Shown: positions 1 through 8,520 of the stretch, piece by piece
Position numbering within the stretch: position 1 is the stretch's first letter
Layout: each line of letters opens with the position of its first letter
Assembly: GCA_045537455.1 (NCBI GenBank)
Contig: JAZSPM010000193.1
Location: 1 to 24,000, forward strand
Length of the DNA: 24,000 bases
Direction of reading: 5' to 3'
Source: Candidatus Ornithomonoglobus sp.
GTDB lineage: Bacteria > Bacillota > Clostridia > UBA1381
Position numbers and translations under genes: made by a program
Notes under the pieces: generated by a model
What the model was told of the DNA's origin: nothing
What the model saw: the letters and a program-made list of their open reading frames with translations, nothing else
Databases searched by the model: none

Positions 1-1
1 G

Positions 2-919
2 ATTAATCCCCTTGAACCCAAGGCTTGGTCAGATGGTGAAAAAGCAGACCTTGAAGCTCCCGAAGTGTTCAGAAAGGTTACAAGACTGAGTCAGCATATC
101 TCCTACCTCAAAGACTTTTTCAGAGCCTACAAGGACTTCACTGATGCTGAAATCGACACAATTGAAATCATGCTGATGAAGCTTTACGGCAGATTCGGTA
201 TGGACGACGGCACGGACTTTGACAGATTCACAGCCGAGGATTATCCCACCATGAGTGACCTTTACGAGCTTATCGAAAAAGAGTTCATGGCATTCGACAG
301 TGAGAAGAAACACCTGTACACCGAGGAAATGCTCCAGAATATCTGTCTCGGACTGAACTCCATGTGCAAGGGTGCGGAGGCGAAATACTTCGACGGTCAT
401 ACCAATATCCGTGACGCAGAGTTTATCTGTTTCGGTGTGAAAGGTCTTATGGATACTAATAAGCGGCTGAAAGACACCTTGCTGTTCAATATCCTGTCGT
501 ATATGAGCAATCAGCTTCTTGGCAAGGGAAACACGGTGGCGGCCGTCGATGAGCTTTATTTATTCCTCACAAACATGACCGCAATCGAATATATCCGCAA
601 CGGCATGAAGCGTGTGCGTAAAAAGGAGTCCTCGTTTATTCTGGCAAGCCAGAACATCGAGGACTTTTTGCTTCCCGAAATCAAGGAGTTTACAAAACCA
701 CTGTTCAGTATTCCGTCCCACCACTTCCTGTTCAATGCAGGACAGATCAATCCGCAGGAGTATATGGATGCACTGCAGCTTGAAGAATCTGAGTTCAGTC
801 TCATTCGCTATCCGGAGCGAGGAACCTGTCTGTACCGCTGTGGTAATGAGAGATATCTCCTGCAGGTAATCGCACCTGCGTATAAGGCGGCACTGTTTGG
901 TGCGGCGGGAGGAAGATGA
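2..919 (+). CDS. VirB4-family conjugative transfer (T4SS) ATPase, C-terminal part; 5' end lies outside the window
   Basis: The frame of the 65..919 ORF stays open back to position 2 (INPLEPKAWSDGEKADLEAPE...), so the gene is cut by the window edge. It has a Walker-B-like AAVDELYLFL and a FILASQNIEDF motif typical of VirB4/TraE-type ATPases. Neighbouring hydrolase and relaxase genes fit this call. Confidence 0.7.
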   Translation: MNPLEPKAWSDGEKADLEAPEVFRKVTRLSQHISYLKDFFRAYKDFTDAEIDTIEIMLMKLYGRFGMDDGTDFDRFTAEDYPTMSDLYELIEKEFMAFDSEKKHLYTEEMLQNICLGLNSMCKGAEAKYFDGHTNIRDAEFICFGVKGLMDTNKRLKDTLLFNILSYMSNQLLGKGNTVAAVDELYLFLTNMTAIEYIRNGMKRVRKKESSFILASQNIEDFLLPEIKEFTKPLFSIPSHHFLFNAGQINPQEYMDALQLEESEFSLIRYPERGTCLYRCGNERYLLQVIAPAYKAALFGAAGGR

Positions 920-1059
920 TGCTTGAATTATTGTGGCATATATGGTATAATAAGCATCACAAGGCAAACCGTGAAAACACCTACTTGCACTTTGTCAATA
1001 TCTGCAAGGAATCGGGCATTCCAGGTGTTGTTGAGGATTATGGTATTAAATCTGAATAG
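916..1059 (+). CDS. small hypothetical protein (47 aa), translationally coupled to the ATPase gene
   Basis: Not in the ORF track (under 60 aa). ATG at 916 overlaps the ATPase stop (ATGA, 916-919) and GGGAGGAAG lies at 908-915. My translation is MMLELLWHIWYNKHHKANRENTYLHFVNICKESGIPGVVEDYGIKSE, with stop TAG at 1057-1059. I recognise no family. Confidence 0.35.
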   Translation: MMLELLWHIWYNKHHKANRENTYLHFVNICKESGIPGVVEDYGIKSE

Positions 1060-1092
1060 CTCTATGTTTGAAGCGGTTATGAATCATAGATA

Positions 1093-2025
1093 ATGGGGTT
1101 GGTGATAACTGTGAAAAGATTATTAGTGGTAACTTTATCTTTACTTTTATGTACAGGATGTAATTTGAGCGATTCAAGTTCCGATAAACAAGACTCAGAA
1201 ATGGAAGCATTCACATCCGACGTTACGCAAAGCATGACAAATGATACAAGCATGACAGATGACATGATGAATGATATACAGATGATTGATTTGAATTTGC
1301 CTGAAAACAGTCACTATCTGGAATATTATAAGGAATTCACCTATGGAAAAGAGTGTTTTTTGTCTGATGGTCGGAAAATTATTGAAGATACAAATCTGTA
1401 TCTTGAGGATTTATCAGGGAATAAAACAGCCCTTATTGAGGTTCCGAAGGAAGAAACCGAAAAATATGTCGTGTTTGGGGAAATGCTTGACGATAACAGA
1501 TTCAGCTATTATATTGTTAATCATGAATCAACAGAGGACTCGGGAGTGTATAACCTTGTAACCTGTGAGGACTTCCGTATAGATGTTTGCGAAGATCATT
1601 CATCCTATGTTCCTAAGAAAGTAATCGATAATTACTTGTATTTTTCAAAGGGCTTTATTTCGGATTTCAGAGGAATCTGCAAGTTAAATCTTGATACCTA
1701 CGAATTCACAGAATTCAACTGCTCAGCATTGCTTGACAACGATATTTGCTATTTGGGAAGTCCGGATTTCTCATCTGATGGAACAACAGCTGCTGTTTAT
1801 GGAATCGTTTCCCAACCTTCGGAAATAAACGGATTAAATGAATATCAGGTAGCAATCTATTCACTGACAGATGAAAAAGTCATTACAACCTATAATTTTT
1901 TTAGTGAGCATTATTATGTTGATCATCAATTGATATATCACGATGACGGTGAGGTTTACCTGTATCTTTCTCAGTATGGCGATAATCCTCAACATCACCT
2001 TTATATCATCGATGTAACAACGTAA
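1093..2025 (+). CDS. putative secreted lipoprotein of the conjugative element
   Basis: 310-aa ORF with an N-terminal signal and a lipobox-like LLLCTGC. An in-frame GTG at 1111, preceded by GGTGA at 1101-1105, would give a classic (M)KRLLVVTLSLLLCTGC start. The rest is hydrophilic and D/E/S-rich, with no recognisable catalytic motif. Confidence 0.6.
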   Translation: MGLVITVKRLLVVTLSLLLCTGCNLSDSSSDKQDSEMEAFTSDVTQSMTNDTSMTDDMMNDIQMIDLNLPENSHYLEYYKEFTYGKECFLSDGRKIIEDTNLYLEDLSGNKTALIEVPKEETEKYVVFGEMLDDNRFSYYIVNHESTEDSGVYNLVTCEDFRIDVCEDHSSYVPKKVIDNYLYFSKGFISDFRGICKLNLDTYEFTEFNCSALLDNDICYLGSPDFSSDGTTAAVYGIVSQPSEINGLNEYQVAIYSLTDEKVITTYNFFSEHYYVDHQLIYHDDGEVYLYLSQYGDNPQHHLYIIDVTT

Positions 2026-2110
2026 GACACGGCAAGCTATATATCCTTAAGGCGTATGGCTGACAAAGGCTGTGCCAATTGAATATTTAGAAGAAGCATG
2101 AGTCGATTGC

Positions 2111-2135
2111 AAGAGCAGTCGGCTCTTTTCTTTTT
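2111..2135 (+). terminator. weak intrinsic terminator after the lipoprotein gene
   Basis: aagagc-agtcg-gctctt forms a 6-bp stem with a 5-nt loop, followed by ttcttttt. Confidence 0.45.
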
Positions 2136-2159
2136 GGGGGTGATTGTATAAAAGAAATT

Positions 2160-3194
2160 TTGATAAAGCTTGCACTCGACATTTTCACTGACAAAGAAGC
2201 CAGAAACAAAGTGCTGATTGTGATACTGAGCATCGTCGTGGGTGCTATTTTTCTTCTCTTTGCTCCTGTTGCTGTGCTGATGACGTTGGGAGAAATTGAA
2301 CCGCCCGATGTGTCAGGAAGCTTCGATCAGGCGGCGTGGATGCAGTCTCTTGACAGTGAACAGCAGGAACGTATCACACAAATGGAATCCACAGGTCAGC
2401 AGATTGCTTCTGCAATGGAATCAGCAGGTGTTCGTGAGCAGACCATCAAGGCACAACTCATATATATATCCTGCTTCAAAGATGTGGAGGTAGATGACTT
2501 CAATGCCTATGCGAATCTGTTTAAGGATGAAGATGATGAATCGCTTATTAACAGCATCAACCAGACCTACGGGTTGGAAATTGTGTATGAGGACTTCATG
2601 CGGAGCTATGCTCTCATCAGTCACGTGGTAATCAATCCGTATATGTTCACGGACGCACAGACGAAGCACTCAACTGACCTTGTGATATGGGCAAGGCAGG
2701 CATACGAAAACGGCTGGGGTTATGTGTACGGCACCTATGGAAATATTCTTACCGAGGAACTCCTGCAGGACAGAGCTGACCTGTTCGGAGAACATGTCAC
2801 AGGCTTTGAAGATTTCATTCGTGAGAACTGGATGCGAAGGAGAACGGCAGACTGCGTTGGTCTCATCAAGGGCTATGGCTGGTACAATCCCGACAGCGGA
2901 GAAATTGTTGTAGGCTCTAACGGAATGGCTGATGTAACTGCCAACGGAATGTTTGATGCGGCAACAGTCAAAGGAACGATAGATACCATTCCCGAAACAC
3001 CCGGACTTGCTGTGTGGCAGGACGGTCACATTGGAATATATATCGGGAACGGTGAGGTTATCGAAGCCATGGGGACAGAGCAAGGCGTTGTGAAAACTAA
3101 GCTTCCAAGCAGCTGGACGCACTGGCTTGAGATTCCGTATATCACATATTCACAAGAGGAAGAACCGACAACAGAAGAAAGTCAGGAGGGATGA
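2160..3194 (+). CDS. membrane-anchored NlpC/P60-family peptidoglycan hydrolase (conjugation-associated)
   Basis: There is an N-terminal TM helix (VLIVILSIVVGAIFLLFAPVAVLM). The C-terminal domain carries the NlpC/P60 catalytic Cys context RRTADCVGLIKGYGW and His context DGHIGIYIGNGEVIEAMG. The start is TTG and uncertain. Confidence 0.75.
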   Translation: MIKLALDIFTDKEARNKVLIVILSIVVGAIFLLFAPVAVLMTLGEIEPPDVSGSFDQAAWMQSLDSEQQERITQMESTGQQIASAMESAGVREQTIKAQLIYISCFKDVEVDDFNAYANLFKDEDDESLINSINQTYGLEIVYEDFMRSYALISHVVINPYMFTDAQTKHSTDLVIWARQAYENGWGYVYGTYGNILTEELLQDRADLFGEHVTGFEDFIRENWMRRRTADCVGLIKGYGWYNPDSGEIVVGSNGMADVTANGMFDAATVKGTIDTIPETPGLAVWQDGHIGIYIGNGEVIEAMGTEQGVVKTKLPSSWTHWLEIPYITYSQEEEPTTEESQEG

Positions 3195-3196
3195 AA

Positions 3197-3445
3197 ATGA
3201 AAAAGACAATCACAGTAAGCATCAATGAAGAAAAGCTCTCGGCGATTGAGATGTACCTCGGTCAGAAGGACACGACTCTTGCAGCAGAGCTTGACAAGTT
3301 CGTCGAGCAGACCTACACCAAGGTCGTGCCGCAGAACGTCAGAGATTTCATTGATATGATGGCTGACAAGAAGCCGGAAAGGAGGTCAGGTCGAAGGTCA
3401 AAAACATCGGAGCCTGCTCCGATAGCAGACAGCATCAAGGATTGA
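3197..3445 (+). CDS. small hydrophilic hypothetical protein of the transfer module
   Basis: AGGAGGG at 3183-3189 sits 7 nt before ATG 3197, which is a better start than the track start 3191. The ORF overlaps or abuts the hydrolase stop. The product is an 82-aa charged protein (MKKTITVSINEEKLSAIEMYLGQKD...). Confidence 0.55.
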   Translation: MKKTITVSINEEKLSAIEMYLGQKDTTLAAELDKFVEQTYTKVVPQNVRDFIDMMADKKPERRSGRRSKTSEPAPIADSIKD

Positions 3446-3733
3446 AGCCCCACAGTTCGCTCCAGAATCGCTTGTGTGGGCGGTTTGGGAGCCAGAGTCG
3501 GGAAAGGATACCCACAAGCCGTCAAGCGAAATTTGAGGGCTTTGTGAGCAAGTCCGCAGAGGTCAGGATTTACCGACTTCTGCCCCGATTCGGGGTTGGT
3601 CTTTGGTTTGCTGGTTAAAGTTTTGGCGTCACAGCCGCCAAAACAATCACATCGGACGAGCAAAGCTCGCCGAATCTTCGAGGTTTTATCACAAGAATGA
3701 TTATGGAGTCAAGAAAGGAGTTTTGCAAAAATC
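3446..3733. promoter_or_regulatory. candidate origin of transfer (oriT) / relaxosome assembly region
   Basis: This 288-bp GC-rich non-coding gap lies directly upstream of the putative accessory gene and the relaxase. It has a perfect 9-bp inverted repeat, gttttggcg(7 nt)cgccaaaac, at 3620-3644. It also has ccccga-t-tcgggg at 3583-3595 and cccaca...tgtggg at about 3449-3479. No nic site could be identified. Confidence 0.3.
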
Positions 3734-4204
3734 ATGGAGTCAAAGAAAACAAAAAAGGCTTCATCTGCTGAAAATACGAGGGTTTCGGATGATGTCGCCG
3801 TGGATAAAATCAAATTTCCGCTGTATCTGTACCCCGATACTATGGATATCGTAAATGCGCTGTATGAGCATGACAACTGCGGTTCAAAAACTGAGTTCAT
3901 TGAAAAGGCTGTACGTTTTTACTGCGGTTATCTTCTCAATAAGGAACACACCGCAACAGAATTCATTGCACCACAGCTTGCAGCAATCACCGAAGGTATC
4001 GTCAGAGGCAGTGAACAGAATCTGTCTCGTGCGATGTTCAAAATTGCTGTTGAGCTTGGTGCGCTGACGCATATGCTTGCGGCAATGAATGATGTTGATG
4101 ATGCAACGCTGTACAAGCTCCGTCTGATGTGCAGTGATGAAGTCAAGCGTATCAATGGCATCATTAACTTTGAAAAGGCGGTCAAGTATCAGCGGTCAGA
4201 GTAA
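3734..4204 (+). CDS. hypothetical protein, possible relaxase accessory/DNA-binding protein (position-based)
   Basis: 156-aa ORF located upstream of the relaxase and downstream of the hairpin region. The segment KIKFPLYLYPDTMDIVNALYEHD...TEFIEKAVRFYCGYL resembles a strand-helix-helix (RHH-like) layout. The function is inferred only. Confidence 0.45.
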   Translation: MESKKTKKASSAENTRVSDDVAVDKIKFPLYLYPDTMDIVNALYEHDNCGSKTEFIEKAVRFYCGYLLNKEHTATEFIAPQLAAITEGIVRGSEQNLSRAMFKIAVELGALTHMLAAMNDVDDATLYKLRLMCSDEVKRINGIINFEKAVKYQRSE

Positions 4205-4209
4205 GGGAA

Positions 4210-4232
4210 AGCCGTATCGGTGTGATACGGCT
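4210..4232. terminator. bidirectional hairpin terminator between convergent genes
   Basis: agccgtatc-ggtgt-gatacggct is a perfect 9-bp stem. It lies between the stop of 3734..4204 (+) and the stop of 4250..4624 (-). Confidence 0.55.
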
Positions 4233-4249
4233 TGTACATATTATATTGC

Positions 4250-4624
4250 TTACAAGTTCTTCCAGAAATAATTAACGCTTTCCGCAAATGTATTCATACC
4301 TCCACAAAGAAAAGTTATATCATTTATTTCAAATGTTGATGGAACGACAAAGTATTTTCCATCTGAATTAATTCCGTAGAATTCCCCACCACCATTAGAA
4401 CCGATGATAATATGATTAGGTAAAAATTCAGCGACATTATACATATCATTCAATTCATATAGATCTTCTAAACAATACAATTGCAACCATGATTCTCCAA
4501 TATCTCCTTCACCGCCATTGTGAATTTTCATGAATTTGATATAATCATCGGGAAGCACAACAGTATTGATTTTTGTGATGATTTCCCCTTGATAAGGTTC
4601 ATTAAATTTAAAATTACTCCACAT
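4250..4624 (-). CDS. SMI1/KNR4 (SUKH-1) family protein, stand-alone polymorphic-toxin immunity-type gene
   Basis: 124 aa, with the typical SUKH layout: LPDDYIKFMKIHNGGEG, then WLQLYCLEDL, then IIIGSNGGGEFYGINSDGKYF, then FAESVNYFWKN. It is visibly AT-rich and in the opposite orientation to the flanking GC-richer transfer genes. Confidence 0.8.
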   Translation of the reverse strand: MWSNFKFNEPYQGEIITKINTVVLPDDYIKFMKIHNGGEGDIGESWLQLYCLEDLYELNDMYNVAEFLPNHIIIGSNGGGEFYGINSDGKYFVVPSTFEINDITFLCGGMNTFAESVNYFWKNL

Positions 4625-4706
4625 ATTTTTCTCCTGATTGTGATTTGGTTCCTATATTATACCACATCACCGAAGAAAAATCAACACCTTGAAAGGAAGT
4701 GATCCT

Positions 4707-7118
4707 ATGCCCCTATCTCAAATTATCGTCACAAGCCGTTATCTCAAAAGCGGCAGTGCAAAGAGTGTGACGAAACGAAAAAACTACACAAAGTATATCG
4801 CAACCCGTGAAACCGTTGAAAAACGTGAGCAGAATCAATATGATCCCAATGTTGCTACCACGAAAACACAAAAGGAAATGCTATCCGAATTGCTCAGTGA
4901 CTTTCCCGAAGCAAAACGCTATCTTGAATATGAGGACTACACTGCAAATCCTACAGTGCAGAATGCAAGCGAACTGATCACAACAATCATTGAACGTCAC
5001 GCAGATGTCATTGGAAACCGTCAGAATTTTGTCGGTTACATGGCAAAGCGTCCCGGTGCAGAGCAGCGTGGTGCTCACGGATTATTCAATGATAGTGATG
5101 AACCCATCGTGCTGAATCAGGTTGCAGATGAGGTTGCACATCACAAGGGAAATGTATGGAGTCATGTAGTATCACTTCGCCGTGAGGATGCAATACGTCT
5201 TGGATATGATAACTCAGACCGCTGGCGTGAACTTGTCAAGCGGCAGATTCCTGTCATTGCAGAGCAGTCAAGAATCCCCATGAGCAATTTGAAATGGTAT
5301 GCTGCGTTTCATGATACGACGCATCATCCGCATATGCATCTGATTGTCTATTCCACCAATCCAAAGCAAGGCTATCTGAGCAGAGAGGGTATTGACAAAA
5401 TCCGTTCTGCGTTTGCAAATGATATCTTTCATGATGATCTGCAGAGCATCTATCAGGAGCAGACGCTGAGTCGTGACGAGCTGAAATCTATATCACAGGA
5501 ACAGGTGCATCAGATGGTAATGCAGATTCAGAACAGCACTTTCAATAATCCACAGTTGGAAAAGTTGGTGAAAAAGCTGCATGAACAATTGCAGACCGTC
5601 AGCGGTAAGAAAGTCTATGGCTATCTGCCGCAGGATGTGAAACGAACTGTTGATGACATCCTTGCAGAGCTTGCAAAGGACAAGCAAATATCACAGCTTT
5701 ATGAAAAGTGGTGTGAGTTGGAACGGCTGAAGCATAAGATCTATATCCAGAAAGAACCGGAACTCCCACCGCTTGCCGACAACAAGGTATTCAAGCCTGT
5801 GAAGAATATGGTTATCCGTGCAGTACTTGATATGAATATGCCAGAACCAAGCCCATACTCTGTTCCGCAGAATGATGACAGCGACGATACTGCTTTCAGC
5901 AATATTGATAACGACATCTTTACTTGGAGTGATGAAGATGCTGTTGAGGTTGAAGTTGAAAGTTCCAATCTGCACATTCAATGGTCGAAGGATTATAAAA
6001 GAGCCTGCAAACTGTATTACAAAAAGGATGCAACAGGTGACGAAAAGAAGGAAGCTGTGGAATTGCTTCACTCCGAAGCTGAGAAAGGAAACGTACTTGC
6101 CATTCATGACCTTGGAAAAGTGTATGCTGATGACAAAGAAAAGTCCGATGCATATTACAAGCAGGCACTTGATGGTTTTCTTGAGCTTGAACCAATGTCG
6201 CAAAAACTGCAGCCGTATCTGCAATACCGCATTGGTAAGATGTACTGCTATGGCTCAGGAACTGAACAGAACTACGCAGAATCATTCGGATGGTTTCTGA
6301 AATCCGCAATTGCAGGAAATAAGTTTGCACAGTTCAGTCTTGCAAATCAGTATTACTACGGAAACGGATTTTATAAAGACAAAGAACAGGCTCTGCAATG
6401 GTATATGAAAGCGGCAGAACAGGGATTGCCCTATGCAGCGTATGCCGTTGCACAGATGTATGCAAACGGTGAAGCGGTGGTGCAGAATAAAGAAAAGGCT
6501 CAGCAGTACTATGCACAGGCGCTTGACGGCTTTCTGAAATTTGAAAAAAGCGACCGTGCAGATGATAACCTGCTGTATAAGCTCGGCAGAATGTATCGAT
6601 ATGGACTTGGAACAGATGAGGATATTCCCCAAGCCTTGGAATACTTCTCACGTTCAGCAAAACATGGCAATAAAAATGCCAGACGCATGATTGCCATTGA
6701 GCAACTATCAGGTGAATACATTCCTCAGGATGTGAATAAAGCTGTGGAAACGCTCACAGAGCTTGCAGAAAATGGAGATGCGGCATCTGCATATCGGCTC
6801 GGCAAACTGTATCTCTTTGGTGCAGATGGTATTGAACGTGATGTGCCACAAGCAATACAATGGCTTACCCAGTCCGCAGAAGGTGGTAACGAGTATGCAC
6901 AACAGCTTCTTGATAACATGGAGGAGAGGGAAAACGCTGCATTCGCATCAACTATCTTCGGGTTGTTTGTAAGCTTAAGCCGTATGATTGAAGATGACTA
7001 TAACAGGAGTCATAAGAAACTGCAATTTAAAGTTGATAGTAAACTGCGTAGAGTTATCCTAAAAAGAAAACAGGAATTAGGTATTAATCCAGAAAATGGT
7101 CAAACGCAGACATTTTAA
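4707..7118 (+). CDS. MobL/MOB-P-type conjugative relaxase fused to C-terminal Sel1-like (SLR/TPR) repeats
   Basis: AAGGAAG at 4692-4698 precedes ATG 4707 (the track start 4689 is TTG). The N-terminus reads IVTSRYLKSG...KYIATRETVE. A histidine-triad motif HDTTHHPHMHLIVYS lies at nt 5310-5339 and onward. The C-terminal third contains repeated GN..A...LG..Y..G.G...D...A..W units. Confidence 0.8.
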   Translation: MPLSQIIVTSRYLKSGSAKSVTKRKNYTKYIATRETVEKREQNQYDPNVATTKTQKEMLSELLSDFPEAKRYLEYEDYTANPTVQNASELITTIIERHADVIGNRQNFVGYMAKRPGAEQRGAHGLFNDSDEPIVLNQVADEVAHHKGNVWSHVVSLRREDAIRLGYDNSDRWRELVKRQIPVIAEQSRIPMSNLKWYAAFHDTTHHPHMHLIVYSTNPKQGYLSREGIDKIRSAFANDIFHDDLQSIYQEQTLSRDELKSISQEQVHQMVMQIQNSTFNNPQLEKLVKKLHEQLQTVSGKKVYGYLPQDVKRTVDDILAELAKDKQISQLYEKWCELERLKHKIYIQKEPELPPLADNKVFKPVKNMVIRAVLDMNMPEPSPYSVPQNDDSDDTAFSNIDNDIFTWSDEDAVEVEVESSNLHIQWSKDYKRACKLYYKKDATGDEKKEAVELLHSEAEKGNVLAIHDLGKVYADDKEKSDAYYKQALDGFLELEPMSQKLQPYLQYRIGKMYCYGSGTEQNYAESFGWFLKSAIAGNKFAQFSLANQYYYGNGFYKDKEQALQWYMKAAEQGLPYAAYAVAQMYANGEAVVQNKEKAQQYYAQALDGFLKFEKSDRADDNLLYKLGRMYRYGLGTDEDIPQALEYFSRSAKHGNKNARRMIAIEQLSGEYIPQDVNKAVETLTELAENGDAASAYRLGKLYLFGADGIERDVPQAIQWLTQSAEGGNEYAQQLLDNMEERENAAFASTIFGLFVSLSRMIEDDYNRSHKKLQFKVDSKLRRVILKRKQELGINPENGQTQTF
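6050..6920 (+). other. Sel1-like repeat region inside the relaxase
   Basis: There are about 6-7 units of roughly 36 aa. Examples are AEKGNVLAIHDLGKVYADD, AIAGNKFAQFSLANQYYYGNGFYKDKEQALQWYMKAAEQGLPYAAYAVAQMYANGEAV, AKHGNKNARRMIA, AENGDAASAYRLGKLYLFGADGIERDVPQAIQWLTQSAEGGNEYAQQLL. Confidence 0.65.
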
Positions 7119-7125
7119 AATAAAA

Positions 7126-7161
7126 AGCGTATCGGATTGTGGTCAATTCGGTACGCTTTTT
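7126..7161 (+). terminator. intrinsic terminator after the relaxase
   Basis: agcgtatcgg...ttcggtacgct forms an imperfect stem followed by ttttt. It abuts the left copy of the 19-bp inverted repeat. Confidence 0.5.
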
Positions 7162-7177
7162 CGTCAATTCCGCTCAT
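7159..7177. repeat. left copy of the perfect 19-bp inverted repeat bracketing the recombinase gene
   Basis: tttcgtcaattccgctcat at 7159-7177 is the exact reverse complement of atgagcggaattgacgaaa at 8521-8539. Confidence 0.9.
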
Positions 7178-7256
7178 TTACGAAGTGATTATTGAGGTGA
7201 ATTTACGGTAACTTTAATTATATTATATCATAAATTTTGCAAATGTAAAGACTTTT

Positions 7257-7286
7257 TTGAAAATTTTATACTGAAATATTTATAAT
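7257..7286 (+). promoter_or_regulatory. sigma-A-like promoter for the recombinase gene
   Basis: TTGAAA (7257-7262), an 18-nt spacer, then TATAAT (7281-7286), about 55 nt upstream of ATG 7342. Confidence 0.45.
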
Positions 7287-7341
7287 AAGGCGAGTTTTAA
7301 AGTTTTTAAACCGTCATATTTCAGTCGGAATGGAGGATTTT

Positions 7342-8442
7342 ATGGCTAAACGAGGAAGTAATATTTATAAGCGCAAAGATGGACGTTTTGAAGGACGTGT
7401 ACCTGTAGGATATCAAGAAAATGGAAAAATAAAATATAAATCTGTTTATGCAAGGACACTTTCAGAAGTGAAAGAAAAAATGTCTGAAATTCGTTCTGTT
7501 AAGCAGAATTCATCAGTTTCAAAAATTAAATTAACTGTTAGGGAAGCAGCAGAGCAATGGTTATCCTCTGCGAAATTACGTGTTAAAGAGTCGAGCTATT
7601 TCAATTATTTGAACATCATAAAAAAGCATATTCTGCCTATTCTTGGTGGAGAGTTAATGATGAATTTGACAACGAATAAATTGAATAATTTTATTGACTT
7701 TAAATTGACAAATGGTAGATTAAACAGCAATGGTGGACTTTCAGCAAAATCAGTACGTGATATTATGACTGTATATCGTAGTATTGAAACATATGCATCA
7801 AGAGAATATGGAATCTGCGAGACACATTTTACAATGCCAAAAACACAAAGTAAAGGAACAGATATTCTTACTGTAGATGAAAGAAAAAAACTTGAAACTT
7901 TTCTTGTTGACAATCCCAATATAACAAATGTGGGTGTTTTGCTTTGCCTTTTTACAGGATTACGTGCAGGTGAATTATGTGGTTTGAAATGGGAAGATAT
8001 TGACTTCGATAATGGAGTTTTAAATGTAAAACGAACCGTACAGCGCATAACTAAAAACGGGAAATCACAGGTGATTGTAGGAACACCTAAAAGTAAAACA
8101 TCAGTGCGAACTGTTCCGATTCCAACATTTGTTTTGAATATAATGAAGAATTACAAAAGATATAATGATTTTTATATTATTACTGGTACAAGAAAACCCA
8201 CAGAACCTAGAACTATGCAGAACCGTTTTAAATCAATTTTAAGATTGTGTGACATAAGAAATGTCAACTTTCATCTGCTACGTCACACCTATGCTACAGT
8301 TTGCATTGAAAAAGGATTTGATCCTAAAACACTTAGTGAATTGCTTGGTCATGCTGATGCAGCTATCACATTGAACAGGTACTGTCATCCATCAATGCAA
8401 ATAAAAAAAGATTATGTAAGCCGTCTTACTTTCACTGCTTAA
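7342..8442 (+). CDS. tyrosine site-specific recombinase / integrase
   Basis: GGAGG at 7332-7336 lies 5 nt before ATG 7342 (the track start is 7330). The N-terminus has an arm-binding-type MAKRGSNIYKRKDGRFEGRV. The catalytic region has LFTGLRAGELCGLKWEDID, HLLRHTYAT and LGHADAAITLNRYCH (R..H-x-x-R..Y). Confidence 0.85.
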   Translation: MAKRGSNIYKRKDGRFEGRVPVGYQENGKIKYKSVYARTLSEVKEKMSEIRSVKQNSSVSKIKLTVREAAEQWLSSAKLRVKESSYFNYLNIIKKHILPILGGELMMNLTTNKLNNFIDFKLTNGRLNSNGGLSAKSVRDIMTVYRSIETYASREYGICETHFTMPKTQSKGTDILTVDERKKLETFLVDNPNITNVGVLLCLFTGLRAGELCGLKWEDIDFDNGVLNVKRTVQRITKNGKSQVIVGTPKSKTSVRTVPIPTFVLNIMKNYKRYNDFYIITGTRKPTEPRTMQNRFKSILRLCDIRNVNFHLLRHTYATVCIEKGFDPKTLSELLGHADAAITLNRYCHPSMQIKKDYVSRLTFTA

Positions 8443-8520
8443 TTTTTTAGCCGTCAGATTTTTGTATTTGCTATTTGAAAATAATGCTATTTTCGGCTAT
8501 TTATCTTGCTAATTTGATAT

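Noticed and set aside
29-967. Antisense and alternative-frame ORFs over the VirB4-type gene (29-400 -, 556-804 -, 560-967 -, 612-869 +).
   Set aside because: They are shadow ORFs in a GC-richer coding region. The + frame from position 2 carries the conserved ATPase motifs.
3313-3854. ORFs 3313-3663 (-) and 3603-3854 (+) spanning the GC-rich gap.
   Set aside because: They have no RBS, their composition is typical of translated non-coding GC-rich DNA (Arg/Gly/Pro/Ser-rich), and they overlap better-supported genes. The region is better read as non-coding (candidate oriT).
7311-8464. Short direct repeat ccgtca(t/g)attt just before the recombinase start (7311-7321) and just after its stop (8451-8461), considered as a possible att core.
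   Set aside because: It is only about 11 bp with a mismatch in AT-rich DNA, so chance occurrence is plausible. The 19-bp inverted repeat is the statistically meaningful signal.
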